From Nitrosopumilus sp. (GTDB lineage Archaea > Thermoproteota > Nitrososphaeria > Nitrososphaerales > Nitrosopumilaceae), in contig OZ243974.1 in assembly GCA_965214775.1 (NCBI GenBank), positions 2,720,001 through 2,784,000 of the forward strand: 64,000 nt of DNA. Direction: 5' to 3'. The notes beneath the pieces are model-generated. The model was not told where the DNA came from, searched no databases, and saw nothing but the letters and a program-made list of their open reading frames with translations. This document shows positions 61,290 to 64,000 of this stretch, piece by piece. The first letter of the stretch is position 1; the number at the start of each line of letters is the position of its first letter. The translations under genes and the position numbers were made by a program.

Positions 61290-62579
61290 ATGAATAATTC
61301 TGACATACGCATGATTTACGTGCTGCTAGACGGGGTCGGGGACCTTCCACATCCGGATCTGGGCGGAAAGACGCCATTACAGGCTGCAAACACGCCGGTT
61401 TTAGACAGAATTGCAGGCAACGGGGCCATCGGCGAGGTGATCTCTGTGGGAAGGGGAATCGCACCAGAATCAGACATTGCAGTCTTTAACATGCTAGGAT
61501 ACAAGTTCAACCATGCAGACTATGCGGGCCGCGGAGTAATCGAGGCAATTGGAATAGGCCTGGATTTCAAAGACGGAGACCTGGCATTAAGAGGAAACTT
61601 TTCCACGCTAGATGATCAAGGCATCATAGTTGACAGGCGTGCCGGAAGACACATTAAAAAAGAGGATGCGGCATATGCTGCAAGGGAGATCGAAGAGAAG
61701 ATAAGATTTTCAAACCCGGGTACGGAGGTTGCAGTTGCGCCAACAATTGCGCACAGGGTCACAGTCAGAATCAGAAGCAGATCCCAAAGACTGTCATCAA
61801 AGATCACAAACACCGATCCGGCATACGCCAATATCGGAGGGATGGGGGTGGCAAAAGCAGTCGGGGACTTTTTAAGAGTTGAAAGATGTCTGCCCTTGGA
61901 GGAGGCAGAAGACTCCAAACTCACAGCAGACCTCGTAAACGAGTTCTCAGATCAGTCCGTCAGAATTTTAAGAGAGAGTCAGATCAATCAAAGACGGGCA
62001 GAGCAAAACAAAAAACTCCTCAGCTGTATCCTCCTAAGGGATGCAGGCAACAGATACCCAGACGTGGTTCCGATTAATGAGAAATATTCGATGAGGTTTT
62101 CATGTATCGTGGATATGCCCGTAGAGCTGGGAATATCAAAAGTCCTGAAGATGAGGGCCTTTGAGGCAGGGGGACTGACAGACTATGAGGAGAAAGCAAG
62201 AGTTGCAGCAGAGGCAATGGAGACGCAAAACGCAATTTATGTTCATCTCAAGGGACCAGACGAGTTTGGTCATGACGGGGATGCGGTTGGAAAAACGAGA
62301 AACATCGAGGAGATTGATCAGAGGTTTTTCAAAACGCTTGTCGAAAACATCGATACTGGCAGGGTGGCAATCGTAGTTTCTGCGGACCATTCAACGCCGT
62401 GCATCATCAAGGGACACAGCGATGATCCAGTCCCTGTCTTGGTTTCAGGGGACTTTATTAAAAAGGACGGAACCACCAGAATGACAGAGCAGCAGGCAAA
62501 GAGGGGAAGCATCGGTTTGCTTGAAGGCTCCCAGGTGGTTGAAAAGTCTCTGGAGTTAATCAAATCTCAAACAGAGTAA
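61290..62579 (+). CDS. apgM: Archaeal 2,3-BPG-independent phosphoglycerate mutase
   Basis: LDGVGD, PESD, HLKGPDEFGHDG, ADHSTP, HSDDPVP. Confidence 0.93.
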   Translation: MNNSDIRMIYVLLDGVGDLPHPDLGGKTPLQAANTPVLDRIAGNGAIGEVISVGRGIAPESDIAVFNMLGYKFNHADYAGRGVIEAIGIGLDFKDGDLALRGNFSTLDDQGIIVDRRAGRHIKKEDAAYAAREIEEKIRFSNPGTEVAVAPTIAHRVTVRIRSRSQRLSSKITNTDPAYANIGGMGVAKAVGDFLRVERCLPLEEAEDSKLTADLVNEFSDQSVRILRESQINQRRAEQNKKLLSCILLRDAGNRYPDVVPINEKYSMRFSCIVDMPVELGISKVLKMRAFEAGGLTDYEEKARVAAEAMETQNAIYVHLKGPDEFGHDGDAVGKTRNIEEIDQRFFKTLVENIDTGRVAIVVSADHSTPCIIKGHSDDPVPVLVSGDFIKKDGTTRMTEQQAKRGSIGLLEGSQVVEKSLELIKSQTE

Positions 62580-63120
62580 GCCGGTTTGCCTGCTGCATTT
62601 CAGCTGCCTTTGCCCTCATCCTGTCAACATCAATGGAATGGTATGTGGAAGGAGAGGTTCCCAGTTTATCTAAGGATCTGCCAAGCATTCCTATGGCTAT
62701 CGTCAGATCATTTTTTTGGCCGTGTGCAAATGCTACTGCCAGCAAGATAATTCCCTGGACCAGTTCTTTTTCACGTCCAAAGCATTGCTTCCAGACGCCT
62801 TCAAAGGCCTCATGGCTTTCCCAGAACCGCTCATTGTTGAAATAAAATATGCCGTCTTGGATTCCCTGTTCTTTGTCAATCTCTTCAAGTACAACATGAC
62901 GGACGTCGTAAAGGGGCCCAATGGATGCAAGTCTTTCTATCAAGGAGTCCAACTTGTCAGGATCTACAGAAACGTCAAGTTCGACGAATCTTCTAGCTAT
63001 CCTGCAGACTCGAATCGAGGCGTTCATGTCTCCGGCCAGATCGCGGGCCCTGTACACGACCTCCCTAGAGTTCTCAGGTGACAGTTTTTCATTTTTGAGA
63101 TGAAGCATATAGCGTTCCAT
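62560..63120 (-). CDS. DUF309 domain protein
   Basis: FNNERFWESHEAFEGVW...QGIILLAVA motif. Confidence 0.85.
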   Translation of the reverse strand: MERYMLHLKNEKLSPENSREVVYRARDLAGDMNASIRVCRIARRFVELDVSVDPDKLDSLIERLASIGPLYDVRHVVLEEIDKEQGIQDGIFYFNNERFWESHEAFEGVWKQCFGREKELVQGIILLAVAFAHGQKNDLTIAIGMLGRSLDKLGTSPSTYHSIDVDRMRAKAAEMQQANRLTLFEI

Positions 63121-63231
63121 GACAGGGTTTCAAAGCAATTTCTTAAATTTCTTGTCTTCAGTGCATTCTTCCCAAAAGTATCACGTCAATATCCTGACTG
63201 GCGTCCAAACGGGGCCGCCGGCAGATCGTAT

Positions 63232-63302
63232 GCCGCTGCTGCCGCTGTTGTTGTTGTTGCTGTTGTTGCTGCTGCTGTTGTTGTTGTTACTACTACTGCT
63301 GC
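63232..63302. repeat. Mixed trinucleotide microsatellite (GCT/GTT/ACT)
   Basis: In-phase run of NNT/GCC triplets between divergent genes. Confidence 0.9.
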
Positions 63303-63374
63303 AAGCCGGTACTTTTGAAAAGACGACTGCATCCAATCAAGGTTTATATGAAATGTCTGGAGGATTTTGGATAC

Positions 63375-63797
63375 ATGTCCATAATTGAGACCGTTGCAGA
63401 CGTTGACAATACGTTTCTATCAAGAAGAGAGATTACATGTAATTTTGCCGGACTGGCAGGCAAGCTCAAGAGAACAGAGGCAGCAGACATGATTGCCAGA
63501 GAGTTCAAGCTTGACGGCAAGGCAATCATCATCCCAATGAGGCTAAAGACCCATGTTGGAAGACCGGTTGTTACCGGAACCTTTTATGTATATGAAGACG
63601 AGGGGCTGGCAAAAAAACACGTGAATCCGACAATTTTCTCAAGACTGGAAAAAAGCAAGGCAAAAGATGCCAAACCAGAATCCACAGAAGACAAGAGCGG
63701 CTCTGCCGAAGGGGTCACAGAAAAGAAAGGAGGAGGAGAGGAGGAGAAGGAGAAAGAAGGTGAGAAGGAAGACAAGAAGGAGGAGAAGTCCGAATAA
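63375..63797 (+). CDS. rps24e: 30S ribosomal protein S24e with acidic/Lys-rich tail
   Basis: NTFLSRREI motif; upstream of S27ae. Confidence 0.85.
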   Translation: MSIIETVADVDNTFLSRREITCNFAGLAGKLKRTEAADMIAREFKLDGKAIIIPMRLKTHVGRPVVTGTFYVYEDEGLAKKHVNPTIFSRLEKSKAKDAKPESTEDKSGSAEGVTEKKGGGEEEKEKEGEKEDKKEEKSE

Positions 63798-63970
63798 TGG
63801 CCGGCAAGAAGGGCTCCAGTCCAAGAATTCACACGTATTTTAAAATAGACGGAGACAAAATTTCACGGCTTAAGAAAATTTGTGCCAGGTGTGGAAAGGG
63901 AGTCTACATGTCAGAACACAAAGACAGACGCGCATGCGGCAAATGTACCGACACGGAATTCATTCAATAA
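63797..63970 (+). CDS. rps27ae: 30S ribosomal protein S27ae (not in ORF track)
   Basis: MAGKKG...CARCGKGVYMSEHKDRRACGKC. Confidence 0.92.
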   Translation: MAGKKGSSPRIHTYFKIDGDKISRLKKICARCGKGVYMSEHKDRRACGKCTDTEFIQ

Positions 63971-63989
63971 GTCAGTCTTCAAAGTCAGC

Positions 63990-64000
63990 AGACTTTATGC
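63990..64000. mobile_element. Probable start of a third ISL2-like copy at window edge
   Basis: AGACTTTATGC equals the first 11 nt of the TIR at 48640 and 51500. Confidence 0.6.

Noticed and set aside
63119-63388. Poly-Leu 89-aa ORF
   Set aside because: Reading of an intergenic microsatellite.

Overview
Archaeal chromosome segment that looks like Nitrosopumilaceae (Thaumarchaeota), possibly host-associated given the very heavy IS load (inference). Housekeeping blocks: cdvC/cdvB-like, citrate synthase, uvrBAC, methylmalonyl-CoA mutase/meaB, M1 aminopeptidase, archaeal shikimate/aromatic operon with a decayed aroA, thiC, thiDN, apgM, rps24e/rps27ae. These are separated by intergenic regions full of nested IS elements (IS110, ISH3, IS5, IS630, IS66, IS3, IS481) and several MITE families. 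Two signals stand out. (1) At four unrelated sites exactly 36 bp of resident DNA is duplicated around a unique 37-38 bp insert, the geometry expected from ectopic Cas1-Cas2-type spacer integration, although no cas gene or canonical CRISPR array lies in this window. (2) An archaeal IS110 family carries a readable bridge-RNA-like left end whose target-loop guides co-vary with the insertion sites of its copies; one variant is programmed against the terminal inverted repeat of an ISH3-family element and occupies both of its ends. Also noted: two atypical tRNA genes each preceded by a copy of their own anticodon arm, and a GC-rich Snf2/SWIM cassette bounded by direct repeats. All coordinates were read by eye; no searches or folding programs were run.
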